This document shows, in pieces, positions 12,591 to 24,890 of a DNA stretch of 64,000 nt. The notes below the pieces were generated by a model. That model worked only from the letters and a program-made list of their open reading frames with translations. It did not search any database and was not told the DNA's origin. The translations under genes and the position numbers were made by a program. Source of the DNA: Cladosporium halotolerans (Eukaryota); contig NW_027191478.1 of NCBI RefSeq assembly GCF_011745625.1, forward strand, positions 124,001 to 188,000. The letters run 5' to 3'. Numbering within the stretch: position 1 is the stretch's first letter; each line of letters begins with the position of its first letter.

Positions 12591-15032
12591 CTACAAAACC
12601 CCCAACAACCTCAAAGCCCCATCCTCGCTCGCAACAGCAAGCTCCCGCACCTGCTCACTCTCACCGTCACCCTTCCGACACGGTCGCCATCTCAAACTCG
12701 TCACAGCCCTGGCGGGCCCCAGATCTCTCCTCACAGCCTCCACCTTCGCACCTTCCCACCCTTCACCGTCCACATCCACACTCACAATCCCTATCCGCCC
12801 CTGCTCCGTACCAGACGCCATCTGCACCACCCCACCAGCAATAGCAGGCGCGAATGCCAGCGCCGTCACAGGCGCCTCGACCGGCATCGTCTTGACAAGC
12901 TCGACATCCTCAGCCGTCACGCGCCAGACCTTGACAGACTTGTCACGTCCCGCAGTCGCAAACACCCCGCCAGAAGGCGCCCACGCGCAGTCGAGGATCA
13001 TGCGCGAATGCCCCTTAGGATTCGCCTTGCGGAGCGCGTAAGCGTGCTCCGACCCCTCGGCACTCCGCTCGAAAAGCGCCCACTGCCGGTCACGGCCGAC
13101 GGACAGCAAGAACCTGTCGTCCGGCGAGAATGCGAGGCTAGTGACAGTGAGGGTGTGGGCGGCGAGCGGCGGGCGAATCTCGCGCCAATCGCGCGTCTCG
13201 TACAGGCGGATGACGGCGTGGTCGAGGCTGCTGGCCTTGCAAGCGGTGGCGATGAGCGAGCCGGTGGCGTTGGCGGCGACGCAGCTGATTTCGTAGCCGT
13301 GGCCGTAGAGTTTCTCGTGCTCGGGCCAGAGGGTGTGGCGGGCGAGGTGGTCTTCGACGGGGGGCTGGGAGAGGGTGAGGGTGGAAGCGGGGACTATTGA
13401 GGAGGTGGTTGGGTCGCCGGAGTCGGTTCTGGGATTGAGGGAGGCGGTGGTGGGGTCTGCGGAGGGTTCGGGGGTGGTGGTGTCGTCTACGGCGGTGATG
13501 GCTTTGTTGGAGAGGCCGAGGACGGGGATGTTGGCTGCGTCGGGGAGGGCGAGGTCTTCTTCGGAGATGGTGTCTTTGTTGCCGGAGAGGAGGGAGAGGA
13601 GAGCGTGGGTTGCTTTGGGTTTATTAAAGACGCGCAGGAGCTTCTCTTCGGCTCCAGAGACGAATTGGTGAGGGGTTAAAGTGGTGATGCAGTTGAGGTC
13701 GTAGCCATGGATTTGGGGTCTTGCTACTTCGTGCCATGACTTAGTGCCGTCTCTCTTCCATTCGCCATACAGCCGAGTCGTCTGGTCCAGTCCTGTGGAG
13801 AGCAAGTAAGAGCCATCAGGTGCCCAAGCGACGCTCTGCACCTCTTGTGTGTGTCCACTGATGCCCGGCTGCTGCAACCATGAATCACTTGCCGCGTCGT
13901 ATGCCCATCGTCTCCAGCTTCCAGTCCGCCCTAAACTGACAACAGCTTTTCCTTCCGGTTGCCACAGCCCAATCCAGAAGCCACCAGTACTTCCTGTTGC
14001 TGTGGTCGAACCCTTCTGTGAGCTGATCTCTCCTAGTCTTGTCTGGCAAACCCACAAGCCCGAAGCCTCCTCAATTGACCACATTGACAGCGAGTTGTCC
14101 GCTGAAGCGGTCATTAAGGTCGATGGCTCGCCACTTTTCGAAGGGGCCCATCGCGCCGAGTAAATCCAGTCCTCATGCCCGACAAGCAACGCCTCAAAAG
14201 TCACCGCGTATTGGTCCGCAGCACTGCCAACCCTATGCGCTTTGTTGGACAGAGATTTCTTCACCGGCTCGATTCCAGACACCCCGGCTCCCCCGTCAGC
14301 CTCAGCATCATCCCCACGCCTAAAACGCCACAAACGCACATATTTGTCTTGACTCGCAGAAGCCAGTAACAAATCATTGCCAGACTCAGCCAAAAAGTCT
14401 AACGACCGCACCCATCCCTCGTGCCCGGAAAGCGTGGCTTGAAGTTCGAACTGATCGCCCGCCTGGACGTAGATTTGCACGACAGCCGTCGTTCCGGCGA
14501 CTGCAAGAACCGTCTCGCCGCTGGGTAGTTTTGCAAGTGCTGTTGCCAGTGGCAGAAATCGAGGTTTGAGTGAAATCGCTTGCACAAGCTCTATCTTCTC
14601 GCCGCCTTCCTCCAGCTGCCAGATCCTGACCGTCCCGTCTGCAGCCCCAGATGCAAAGACGCCCGTTCCAGGTAGGGTAGCGATCGTATTGACCGCGCTC
14701 GAATGGTCCTTTAAACACTGTGACTCCTCGAACGACGGTACGGACGAATCAGCGTCAGTCGTCTGTCGCCATACCCGGACTGTATTGTCGCTTGCGCCAG
14801 TAATGATAAATCTCCGGTCATCGAAATCCAGGATTTTCACTGCATTCACTGCATCCGTATGCCCAGCCAGAAGTGCCCAAATGCCGCTGGTTTTCTCATC
14901 GTCCGGGTTCCAAAGAGCGACGTTGATTCCTGCTCCGAAGGCGAGAAGACCTGGTGTCCAGTCTGCTGAGGACGGGTGGCGATTGCCGCCCGCGGCAATA
15001 TATTCTAATTGCGCCCGAGCATCTGGAGTCAT
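12591..15032 (-). CDS. ELP2: Elongator complex subunit 2 (WD40 repeats)
   Basis: WHEVARPQIHGYDLNC, VSGAEEKLLRVF, ANIPVLGLSNKA, EDHLARHTLWPEHEKLYGHGYE. Likely start is MTPDARAQ at 15032. Confidence 0.95.
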   Translation of the reverse strand: MTPDARAQLEYIAAGGNRHPSSADWTPGLLAFGAGINVALWNPDDEKTSGIWALLAGHTDAVNAVKILDFDDRRFIITGASDNTVRVWRQTTDADSSVPSFEESQCLKDHSSAVNTIATLPGTGVFASGAADGTVRIWQLEEGGEKIELVQAISLKPRFLPLATALAKLPSGETVLAVAGTTAVVQIYVQAGDQFELQATLSGHEGWVRSLDFLAESGNDLLLASASQDKYVRLWRFRRGDDAEADGGAGVSGIEPVKKSLSNKAHRVGSAADQYAVTFEALLVGHEDWIYSARWAPSKSGEPSTLMTASADNSLSMWSIEEASGLWVCQTRLGEISSQKGSTTATGSTGGFWIGLWQPEGKAVVSLGRTGSWRRWAYDAASDSWLQQPGISGHTQEVQSVAWAPDGSYLLSTGLDQTTRLYGEWKRDGTKSWHEVARPQIHGYDLNCITTLTPHQFVSGAEEKLLRVFNKPKATHALLSLLSGNKDTISEEDLALPDAANIPVLGLSNKAITAVDDTTTPEPSADPTTASLNPRTDSGDPTTSSIVPASTLTLSQPPVEDHLARHTLWPEHEKLYGHGYEISCVAANATGSLIATACKASSLDHAVIRLYETRDWREIRPPLAAHTLTVTSLAFSPDDRFLLSVGRDRQWALFERSAEGSEHAYALRKANPKGHSRMILDCAWAPSGGVFATAGRDKSVKVWRVTAEDVELVKTMPVEAPVTALAFAPAIAGGVVQMASGTEQGRIGIVSVDVDGEGWEGAKVEAVRRDLGPARAVTSLRWRPCRKGDGESEQVRELAVASEDGALRLLGVL

Positions 15033-15417
15033 GGTATTACAGAATTTTTCCCTAAGACTCTCATGAACCCTCTCGTTGATATGACCGTCGTTCAAAAATC
15101 CATGATCGCCAAGGCGCTATGCCTTTTTGGGAATGCGCTGTCTAGCGCCCGTCTCATACGCGTTGTAGTACGGTACTATAGTACATTTTCCTCGTTCCTC
15201 ACTTGATACTTATGCACGCTAGGGACTGCGAATTATAGTCTCTGTTCAGGCGGCCTGGGGCTTGAGGCAGGCGTTGCCAGAGGCCCGCACCCTCGCTTAA
15301 TCTCTTGACATTTCTGCGGCTCGAACTATGCCGAGACACCGTATCTTCCTTTGTTGTTGCTTCTGATTCCTGATTAACTGCGGACAACGTCTCAACTTCG
15401 GGTACAGCCTTGACATA

Positions 15418-15784
15418 ATGGACTGCGCTCTTCTTGCCGATGGTCGCCGGATCGATGTAGCAAGCTTGATTGGCGATGGTATAGATGGCTTCATCATCCG
15501 TGAGGGATGCCACGTTGTGGAAAATTCCCAAGCTCTACGGACGAATACAGCCCGATGTGACGATCGAGGCCGACAGTGACAACGAATTGCATCTCGGGCA
15601 CTTGGGCAACGAGAAGCAAGTGTATGCACGATTGCAGGGGGTGGCAGAGGTTGCCAGATGCCTCGAACAAACAAGCAATGGGATCCTGCTGGAGTATTAT
15701 GTGAACGGGTCGTTGGCTGATTACGTTGCTTCCAAAGAGCCACCATCCATCCATTATGGGTGGGATTTCGTGGAGCCTGCATAA
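15418..15784 (+). pseudogene. Truncated, frameshifted protein-kinase-like relic
   Basis: Frame 1 gives LIGDGIDGFIIREGCHVV (Gly loop). After a +1 shift at ~15520 it reads KIPK..EKQVYARL..GILLEYYVNGSLADY (beta3 Lys, alphaC Glu, hinge). No catalytic loop or DFG follows. Confidence 0.65.
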
Positions 15785-15918
15785 AACATCTGGCCCTTTT
15801 CACAGCCGAATCGGCATTGAAAGCAATACCCCGTAGTCATTACCAAAGACTCGCATTACGTCCCCATAACGTTGCTTTGTGACTTCAACAATAACCTCCA
15901 TACGCGCGGCACATCACG

Positions 15919-18900
15919 TCACTTACTCAGCGCAGTCCACCTGAGCATGTCCGGACAAAAGGCGCAATACCACCAGTCAGTTGCCTTCCAACCGCCCTTC
16001 CAGACCCCGTTGATCTCGTCGCCTGGCCCAGTACGCTCGGCCAACCCAGTATCCTCCATCCATTTCAGTAGAAGATCGATCTCCCATGACCAAATCTTGC
16101 CTTTGTGTGTGTCCTCGAGCTCCGAGGCGCTCATGCCAGGCCTGAAAACGATTAGGTACAAGACTGACCGCAGAGCCATTTCCCACATGCGTGGGAGCAG
16201 TCGATCGTGAATATCCGTCCAGAGCGGGAGACGCAGGCCGGCTTCGTTCGGTAGTTGTGGTGGGTGGAGAGGAACGAGGACGTCGTTTCGGAGGCCATGC
16301 TCGAACGTGAACTTGTCCGTCTTTTCGTAGACTATACGGAAGCGCAGGCGGGTCTTGTCGAATGTTCTGACGTTGTAGTTGTACCCAGAGTAACCCCAGA
16401 CCGTGAGTTTTGGAAAAGGAGCATCGAAATTGTCATTACGCTCGGGAAGCAATGATTTGACCTTGAGGAGCCCTTGACTGACCATATTTGTCAGGACGGC
16501 ATAGATCTCATCTTCAGCACTGTAGGCAAGCTCGTAGTGGTCTTGGGTGCGAAGGATTTCAAGAATGTCGGCTCTTCTTTTGGCGACCCTGGTGAGGTAT
16601 TGATGCTCTGGGCCCTGTTTCTCCGACCATCGCTTGAACACAGGTAAGAATGCAGCATCGTCGAGCTTGAGATTCCTACCTGGCAAGCGACGTCCCCTCT
16701 TCCTTTGTTGTAGGATCTTCTCAGCACAAAGTTCTCGGACAGTGGATTCGAGAACCGCATCACCGAACTGCGAAATCTTTCTATGCGCCTCATCCGAGTT
16801 GTAATTCTTCTCATCCGTCAAGACCACAGCGCGAGCCCAAGAACGAAGTAATTCGTTCGAGTCGTGGTCAGCAGCTGCTTCGCTGGTGCCGTTCACTGAT
16901 ATACCGTTCAGGTTTGTGACAGCGACATCTTTTCTCCTTTTGTCGACCACAGCCGTGAAGAACTCCTCTCGACCAGCGTTCAAATCGACCATGGTTTCCG
17001 TGACCATGAAGTCTGACTGCAGCTCGTGCACCGTTGGCGGAAGGTTCGGGACCCTACTAATCGCCGGTACCGGCTTCGCGTAGTTTGTGGAGGAAGTCAG
17101 GACCTCATCTTCGACCCACTCCATCAAAGCTGGCCAATCTGTGCTTTCGAGATCTTCAAAGTCGATTGCAGGCAGGGATCCGCGTTCATAGGCGTCCAAA
17201 AAAGGCTCCCAAATCTGAGCTTGCATTTGTTTCACCAGACCCTCTTTCTGGTCTCTGACCTTATCCCAGCGGTGTCTGAGGAACTCCGATTCAAATTGGT
17301 AGGCGAAGGCGTGCGAGATAATGTACCAGTTGCGCCTGTAAGAGAGACCGCCGGCTACTGCAGAAACAAGAGCGATCGCTTTAGTCAAGCGGTCGTGATC
17401 TCTCTCACCAAAGTTGGCGGCAGCTTTGCGGTTGCGCTTCCTGTATCTCCGAGGATCATCCTCTCTAAGCATCCCCTGTTGAGCTCGGATGCTTGCTTTA
17501 GTCCTAACCCTGCGAGTACGTTTCGATCTGGGAGTCTGTGCATCATCGTCATCGTCACCTCTACCACGCTTCCTTGTGCGGGCGCGAGGCGTCTCATGTG
17601 GTCTTCCGCTCTGCAAAGGCCACTCAATGGTTGCTGGGCTGGTGTAATTGATGAACGGAAGCTCCGCGCCACGAGCAAGAGACTGCTTGGATTTGATGAC
17701 CTTTCTCTCCCAAGCCTCGACACGATCGACTTCGTCGAAGAAATTGGTTGCCTCGTTGGAGTTGCGACGCGGCGCTTGGTCTGGTGATAACAATTGACTA
17801 TTCACAATTTCTTCGAGTGTTTGAGGCACAAATTGAACGTCAGCATTCTGAGTAAGCTCATGATTGTCGACCAATTGTGTGTCTTCCGGAAGCAAAAGGC
17901 CAAATGAGGGTGATTCGTGGCTATCCGGCTCATCCCCTTCGCCGTCGGATGCCCATTCCGTGGGTTGAACTTTCCAATCAGCAAGAGAAGGATCGACCCA
18001 TTGCCAGTGGATACGTCCGATACGTTTAGGTTGTGGCTTGACTTTCGAAACGGTTGCTATCCACTGCGGCTCCACTGAAGAATGAGCGACTTGAGATGCA
18101 ACATAGCCGATAGAATTCCAAGGGAGGTTGGTAGCGGTGCGACTCGCTCGGGCGTTCGAACCGGCTGCGGCTTTCCGCGATCCTTTCGACCCCAGAATGC
18201 GTCCTGGGAGCTTACGTGAACCCGAGCCTCGCACACGACCTGCCCGCGCCACGCGATTGGTGTTCCTACTCCGACTGTAGGGATACTGTTCTTGCCCACC
18301 TTGCAGCATGGCTTCTTCATAGGTAAGTTCACCCATCTCATCGTCAGACCCTGGTCCAAGTGGCAAGATTTTCCGTGGCCGACCACCTCTCTTGATGCTC
18401 GCAATCTTGCGGCTACGCTTGATGCTAGCAAGAGCTGCATCAGTGGCGCCAAGTCCGATGGGGTTGGAGGTACGTTTGACAGTGACTGATGCGTCCGTAG
18501 GGAACTCATCTCGAATATAGTGTGGCGGTAGTTGTCTGGGAGTAGCTTCGACCGCGGGTGTAGGCGGACCGGCTTGACCTGGTGGTTTTGCGGACTTGCC
18601 ATTGTGGGAAATCTGAGTGCTTAGCTTCGCCTGCTTGCGGAACTCTGGTGACACATCCGCCTCCTCTGGCAGAACAGTAGCCGGAAAGCTCTCGATGATC
18701 TTCTTTTGAAGCAGCTTGACCTTTGGTGAGTTCGGATCGATCTCAGGCTCAACCAATATCGAACGCTCGATAGTCAAGCCTTTCTTCGATTTGAAGAAGA
18801 AAGTCAGTTTTTTGAGTTTGCCGCTCGTGATGAGGCCTTTGATAACGTTATCAACTGTTTGTCTGTCGGGCACTTGCTTGTGCTCTCTCTGCCAGACGGT

Positions 18901-21745
18901 TGCAAACGGGAACTGGATCTCTCCCTTTCCAGGGAAAACACCTCCGCAAGTTCGGATGATATCCAGCGCAACGTTTCGCCGTTTGATGTGGAGGGCACCA
19001 ATGTTCTTCGTAACTCCAGCCTTCTTGTAGGTGCGCGTTGGCCCTTCGTCTTTCTCTGGGCTGTGAACGGTAATTTTGGGCAGCGCATCACTAGTGAGCT
19101 CTTCATTGCTGTCAGCACCGGGCACAGTGTCCGTATCCTGTGGGTCCTGTGTAGCATTGCTGCCAAGGCCACCAGCTACAGATTGCAGTGGCTCACGAGA
19201 GGCTGTGTGTGTAACTCTTGGTGTTACAGTCGCACTGTCCGCTTGAGGCTCGACAGTAGGTTCTTCTCCCTGTGACGCGGGCTCCTGAACTTGTGCCTTG
19301 GACTTTTTCGGTGTACGCTTCTGTTTCTTAAAGCTCGGGCTGTGTGAATCATCTGCAAACCACGAGAATTCGACTAAACGATTCGACGTGAACACAGCGA
19401 TCTTAGCTTTCGGAGGCCTTCCGCGTGATTGCAAGGTGAATTTCTTGAGTTCAAATGCTCCAGGCGGGTTGATGGCGACTCCGGGCTTTACATTGAGCTG
19501 GCGACACCTCTTTTTGGCAACGTCAGACTGAATAGATCTCTCATGACTTCCGCTTGCTCTTTCGCCACTGGCAGCAGCTTCAAGCCCTTCTCCATTCTCG
19601 ACGTTTTGCAGTGTGTCGGGATCCTGATTCCCAGGAGTTGCGTCGGACACCGCATCCAGAGTCCCAGCCGGCCGGAAAATTTTTCGTGGCCGATTTGACC
19701 CTCTCGATAATGAGCCGGTCTCACTTACAGCAGAAGACCGCTCGCCCACTTCGTGTCCATCATTGTCGTCGAGGCTCGCTTCGTCCGCCGTCCGCTTTAG
19801 GAGGACTGACGGCGTCTGTTCAGTAGCATCATCAGAAAGTACTTCGTCAATGATTTGGTTCTTCTTCCATTTCTTCTGCCGAGTCTGACTTTTCGGTGTC
19901 CTGTTCGCAAGCTGGGTCTTTTTGGGGCGACCACGGGGACGTTTTGGCGAGCCTAAGGGATTCTTCGGCGGACGTCCAACGGTCCCACCGTTGAGAATAG
20001 TACTCATAGGCTGTGACACAATTTTCGCGCTGCGGCGGCACTCTTCCAAGGTTGCCGATCCACTCTGTCCGACGAAGAGCTTTGGGGACAGCTTCGGGAA
20101 CCCCCAAGCGTCTAGATCAGGCTGAGCAGAAGCAGCGGCTTCGGCTTTCTTCTTGCCAGCCTTTCCTTTTCCCTTTTCTTCCGTGCCGTAGACGCCTTCC
20201 CAGAATGCATCACCGATCTCGACTGCTTTCTCAAAATTGCCGTGACTTCGATACTGGAAAGTTGGCTGTTTCCCTCGCTGGCCAGTATCCTTGACGATAC
20301 TGAGATGTCTGAGGTGAGGCGGCTGTGAGAATTGCCAAAGATCCGTAAGCTTTACTAGCATGTCATCCATAGCTCTTTTCCAGAAGTGGCCAACGGTAGC
20401 CTCGTAGAGTTCGCTGGAGGATGTTCCCTCGACACCGGCTTCTTCGATGCGTCTGAACAACAAGTTCACGAAAGGTAAATCAGGTGTCCAAGATGGCGGT
20501 GTGCGGCGTAGTGTACGTTTTGGGTCTTCGGCTTCACCGTCAAGCCCAGCAAGAGCCTCGGCGTCATCTTCGTCCTCGTCTTCTTCGTCTTCATTCGTTC
20601 CTAGGGCTGCGAACTGAGCAACCTGCGCAGAGTCCAGCAATTTGCTTCTCTGCCAATCGCTTCTAGTGAATGCGACACGATCAATTTCGGTCGGTTCGCG
20701 TAGGAGCTGTAGAGACCTGACGGATTTCATCTCGGCGTCCGGGTCAGAAGCAGGTGCTTCCACCCGAGCTGTGACTTTTCTCAAGACTCCAACGTTCACA
20801 AGACGACGGACACAACGATGAAGCGCTCGAGTCTCGAACCTCCGCTTGTTAATACCGAGGCCGATTCTCAGGTCTTCAAACGCTATGATGTTGTCATTCT
20901 TCTTCAGCTGTCTCATGGTTTCGTCAAACCACTCGTCATACTGGATAATCACTGTCCCAGGAATAGCACTTTGATCTTCGGGCAAGCCGTTGTCGCCAGC
21001 AAATTTCTTCAACTTGAGAAGGCTTGTCTTAGTTCCGCGAGCGATGACGATGGTTTTGACGATATAGCCATTCTTGGCAAGGTTATCCGTTCGTTTTGGC
21101 AAAGACCTCTTATCCTGTCCAGTGAGTTTGGTGACATCGGGCTGCAGGACACCCTTGGACCCTTGTGCGGCGATCACGCTGAGTGCCTGGAATTCGAGAG
21201 GAGGAATACGTTTGTGATCGATACCGTGCCCAGCAATTGCATACCACACTCTCTCCTCTCCGGTACACAGGCGTTGGTTGCGGTATTTTTCGAGTTGAGT
21301 GGATGCATCGTGGCGAAGTTCGCCGGTTTGAGTCTTCACATCAGAACTAGGTGCAACATTCTCGGGTGAGCTCTTGTCTTCGACGGTGACCTCGGGATTT
21401 CTGGAGAGCCATTGCCACACTTCTTCCACGAAGCTGTCGTCGATCACTGGCTCGTTGTGAGGCGGTGCCTCGGAGAAGAGAATATCATCGTTCGATGGAG
21501 TTTGTGCTTGATCTTTCGTAGACGATTGATTCGAATAATATTGGCGGACAGCGTCTCCAAGTTCCGTAACGCCCAAGCCTTCGAAAATATGTCAGTATCG
21601 ATTCCGATTACACAGTCCAATTTCCCCTCTCTCTCGTTGACGAGCGCAGTTAATGCGCCATTTCGCGAGGATACTCACCACCGGTGCCTGCGAGCGCCAC
21701 GTCGTAAAGAAGGCGCTCCACCAACCCGTCAAATCCGAAGGCCAT
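15919..21745 (-). CDS. TFC3: RNA polymerase III factor TFIIIC largest subunit (tau138, B-block binding)
   Basis: ~1900 aa. Exon 1 21679-21745 (MAFGFDGLVERLLYDVALAGTG), intron 21579-21678. B-block domain LSVIAAQGSKGVLQPDVTKLTGQDKRSLPKRTDNL; AT-hook-like GRP motifs; Sfc3-like C-terminus. Confidence 0.9.
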
Positions 21746-22080
21746 TTTTTCACATTTTCTTTGGCTCGCTGATTTTGCAAGAAGCAGTGTACACTCTGAG
21801 GCCGCTTTTGATCGCTGCAGGAGTCGAACGCGATGCCGTGCGTGCAGTAGCGGCAAAATTTGGGAGGGTGGAGTGGTTCAACGGTATAAGCGCATGTGGC
21901 GGCCGGAGGTGCTTGGCCCAAGCGCGGCCTTGGCAAGACTGGTGCACGTGATGTGCCTCTTTCCTAGGTATCTTGTGAAGTGAAAGTACCTTTGTATCTA
22001 CATCCAGAACCTTCATTCCCTTAGCCATTACGCCTCGCTCATAACGCTCATGATTCAGTAAAAGTCAAGCGGTTCCCTTC

Positions 22081-23313
22081 TTAGTCGTATCTCACACGCT
22101 TGCCATCTCGGTCTCCTTGGCCGTCGTCAGCTTCTCTTCTCCGCCGCTCGCCAACAGGCGCAGCATTTGCGCCTGTGCGATCATTGCCGCGAGGATCATC
22201 GGGCTTAAATCGATCATCCAGCCCGTCATACTCTTTCTTCTTGTTCTCGAAAGTCCCCCATCGGCCTGTATCTTCTGACTTGAGATCCTGATATTTCGTC
22301 CTGCCCTTTTTGCCTAATTTGCTCATATCTCGGATCCTCATGTATTCTGGTAAGACCTCCTTAGAAGCAGTCTCGTCCACGAACCTCGCCCCGGCCAAGT
22401 CTCGATTGAGTGCATTCTTCACTTCGTCGTCCTGCTCCTCGTCGCCCTGGAAGAAAGCGCCCTTGTGAAAGTACTTCTGCATGTAGGCCATCTTGCCTTT
22501 GCCTTCCTGCTCGTCTTTTTGTGCCTCGATATAAGCCTTGTCTTCTGCTTCGCGCTCCTCAGCAGTGAGATTCCGCCTGCGCTCGATCTCCTCGCGTTCC
22601 TTTTCTTTCTCTTCGATCGCTAGACGATCGCGGCGCACTCGTTTGAGCTCTCTCAACTTCCATGCTGCCTGCTCCGCCTCCGGATCTAAGCCATCTGTGT
22701 CGTCCACTTCGTCCGCGATGTTGTCTTCGTCGTCCCAAGCCTTCTTGCCTGCGGCGCGAGCCGCTTGATCACGCTCAATCTGCGCCTGCAACATCTCGTC
22801 GGCCTTCTCTTTCCGCCGTCGTTCCTCCTCCGCTGCGATGTCATCCGCAGACCTTTCAGGCTGAGTGCTTTGCAGTTTGTTGCGTTGTGCCTTTGAGATG
22901 AATTTCGGTGCAAGCATGGGTTTCTTCGGCTCATCATCCGAGCTACTTTCTTCTTCTTCTGAGCTCTCTTCCTCCTCACTACTTCCATCTTCGTCTTCAC
23001 CCTCTTCATCCTGCCCTGACTCAGACGCAGTCTCAAACCCCTCCAAATCCTCGTCCAGCTTCTTTAGGGCCGCGCCCTCCGGAACTGTGGTCCTCTGCTG
23101 GTCGGCTTTGCTAAGATCAATCGCAAGTTTCTTCGCGCCCGGAAATGTAGATGCTTTCGGCACGGGCGCGGCAGGTTTCTCGGGTTCTGCCTCGTCCTCG
23201 TCCTCTTCTTCTTCGGTTTCGAACTCGTCTTCGGATTCCACTTCGGCTTTTCCTGGCCGATACCGGAAATCCCTCGGCATATTTTTCGTCATGCGACTCG
23301 AAGGCGGCGGCAT
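22081..23313 (-). CDS. MFAP1: Spliceosomal B-complex protein MFAP1 (Spp381/Saf3 family)
   Basis: RYRPGKA, DDTDGLDPEAEQAAWKLRELKR, YMQKYFHKGAFF, LGKKGRTKYQDL..EDT. Confidence 0.93.
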   Translation of the reverse strand: MPPPSSRMTKNMPRDFRYRPGKAEVESEDEFETEEEEDEDEAEPEKPAAPVPKASTFPGAKKLAIDLSKADQQRTTVPEGAALKKLDEDLEGFETASESGQDEEGEDEDGSSEEEESSEEEESSSDDEPKKPMLAPKFISKAQRNKLQSTQPERSADDIAAEEERRRKEKADEMLQAQIERDQAARAAGKKAWDDEDNIADEVDDTDGLDPEAEQAAWKLRELKRVRRDRLAIEEKEKEREEIERRRNLTAEEREAEDKAYIEAQKDEQEGKGKMAYMQKYFHKGAFFQGDEEQDDEVKNALNRDLAGARFVDETASKEVLPEYMRIRDMSKLGKKGRTKYQDLKSEDTGRWGTFENKKKEYDGLDDRFKPDDPRGNDRTGANAAPVGERRRREADDGQGDRDGKRVRYD

Positions 23314-23509
23314 GATGGGCAGTTTCTACGAATGCCGTGGACGTAGGTGTGGAATTACAATGTTTGGATCGATGTCACTCATGCGACCTAGGTGAAGCTC
23401 GACGTTCACTGGCGCGCATTGCGGGACGAATTCGGCCGACGCGAGCTCATCTTCAAAAAAGTTACCGAGCCGGCTGCGACCTACGCTCCACACTCCACAC
23501 ACCGCAACC

Positions 23510-24504
23510 ATGCCTCACAAACATACTAGACGGACGCAGAATGCGAGCGAGTAAGTCGTACATCATATTCGGTAGTCTTCACCTTTCTAACCGCTCACAG
23601 TTTCAACCTCGCACCGAGCTCGAGCGCCCAACCTCTAGCCGCCTACACCAAGACTGGTTCTAAAGAAGACAAAAAGAAATCTGCACCAAAGAGAGGGACA
23701 GCAAAACCAGCCCCGAAAGCCGATTCCTCCAAGCCAAAAAGGAAAAAGAAGGAGCTCATCGAAGGATATGGTCTCGACGACACGCCCCGCGCCTTCGCGC
23801 GGCTGATGAACCAGCAATCGAACAAGCGTCACATTTCTGGACTCGATGATGGCGAAGATCGCTCAGCCAAGAAGGCAAAGACCTCGAAACTTGCGAAGGA
23901 TACGGAGGCATCGGAGGCGCCTGCCATCCCGAAGATCCAGCCAGGCGAGCGCATGTCCGATTACAATGCACGAGTAGACCAAGCGATCAAAGTCAGCGGC
24001 CTCGTGAAGAAAGGCAAAGCTGTTGAGGGTATTAAGGAGAGAAGGACAAAGAAAGAAAAGCAGATGCACAAGCTGTATGCGCAATGGCGAGAGGAGGAGA
24101 GAAAGATCCAAGAAGAGAAGGAAGAAGCGAGGGAGAAGCAGGAGGAAGAGGATGAGGAGAATGCGGCGAAGTACGGTGAGAGTATCAAGGTGCCTACAAT
24201 GACGCGGAAAGGAAAGCGGCAACGAGTGATTGGAGAGAGCGATGATAAGGAAGGTGACATTTGGGCATCATTGAAAGCGAAACGAGGGCAAAAGGCAAAA
24301 TTGGGCGATGTTGTGCAAGCGCCTCCGGAGCTTGTAAAGCCCAAGGAAAAGTTCAAGATGGCACGAGGTGCTAAGGTTGATGTCGCGAACGTGCCTGTTG
24401 CTTCTGGTAGTCTGAAGAAGCGTGAGGAGCTAAGTGACGCCCGCAGAGAAGTCATTGAGAGGTACAGGGCAATGATGCAAGGGCAGAGGGGCGAAGGACT
24501 GTAA
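23510..24504 (+). CDS. Conserved basic coiled-coil fungal protein (UPF0653-like)
   Basis: Exons 23510-23550 and 23601-24504. Motifs MPHKH, DDTPRAFARLM, KIQPGERMSDYNARVD, DVVQAPP, RREVIERYR. Confidence 0.75.
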
Positions 24505-24890
24505 ATCTGACAAATGTCTATCATGATACCCGGACAGATGTTCACAAGCGAGCACGATGATTCGTGTCGCAGCTTGCATTTGTATATCTCGACAAAGCTA
24601 TCATGAAGCAGAGAAAGCCGTTCTTATCATTCTGAAACAGCTAACAACATAGCCAAGCGCATGAGAATGTCCCCGAAATGGCCGGTGTCAGAAGCAGAGG
24701 CGCATTGAGGTTTCTGCACGCACTAAGAGCACGAGCTCTGTCGAGCCCACGAACAATCGCCGCCAATCATAGAAGGAGAATCCAGAACCTTGAATTCAGA
24801 TCAAGTCAACTCCACAAAGTTCACCGTCGCATTGTATCGCTTGGAGAGTGGTTGGATTGGCATTCGCTTGCGCATCGAAGGCTCCGTCAC

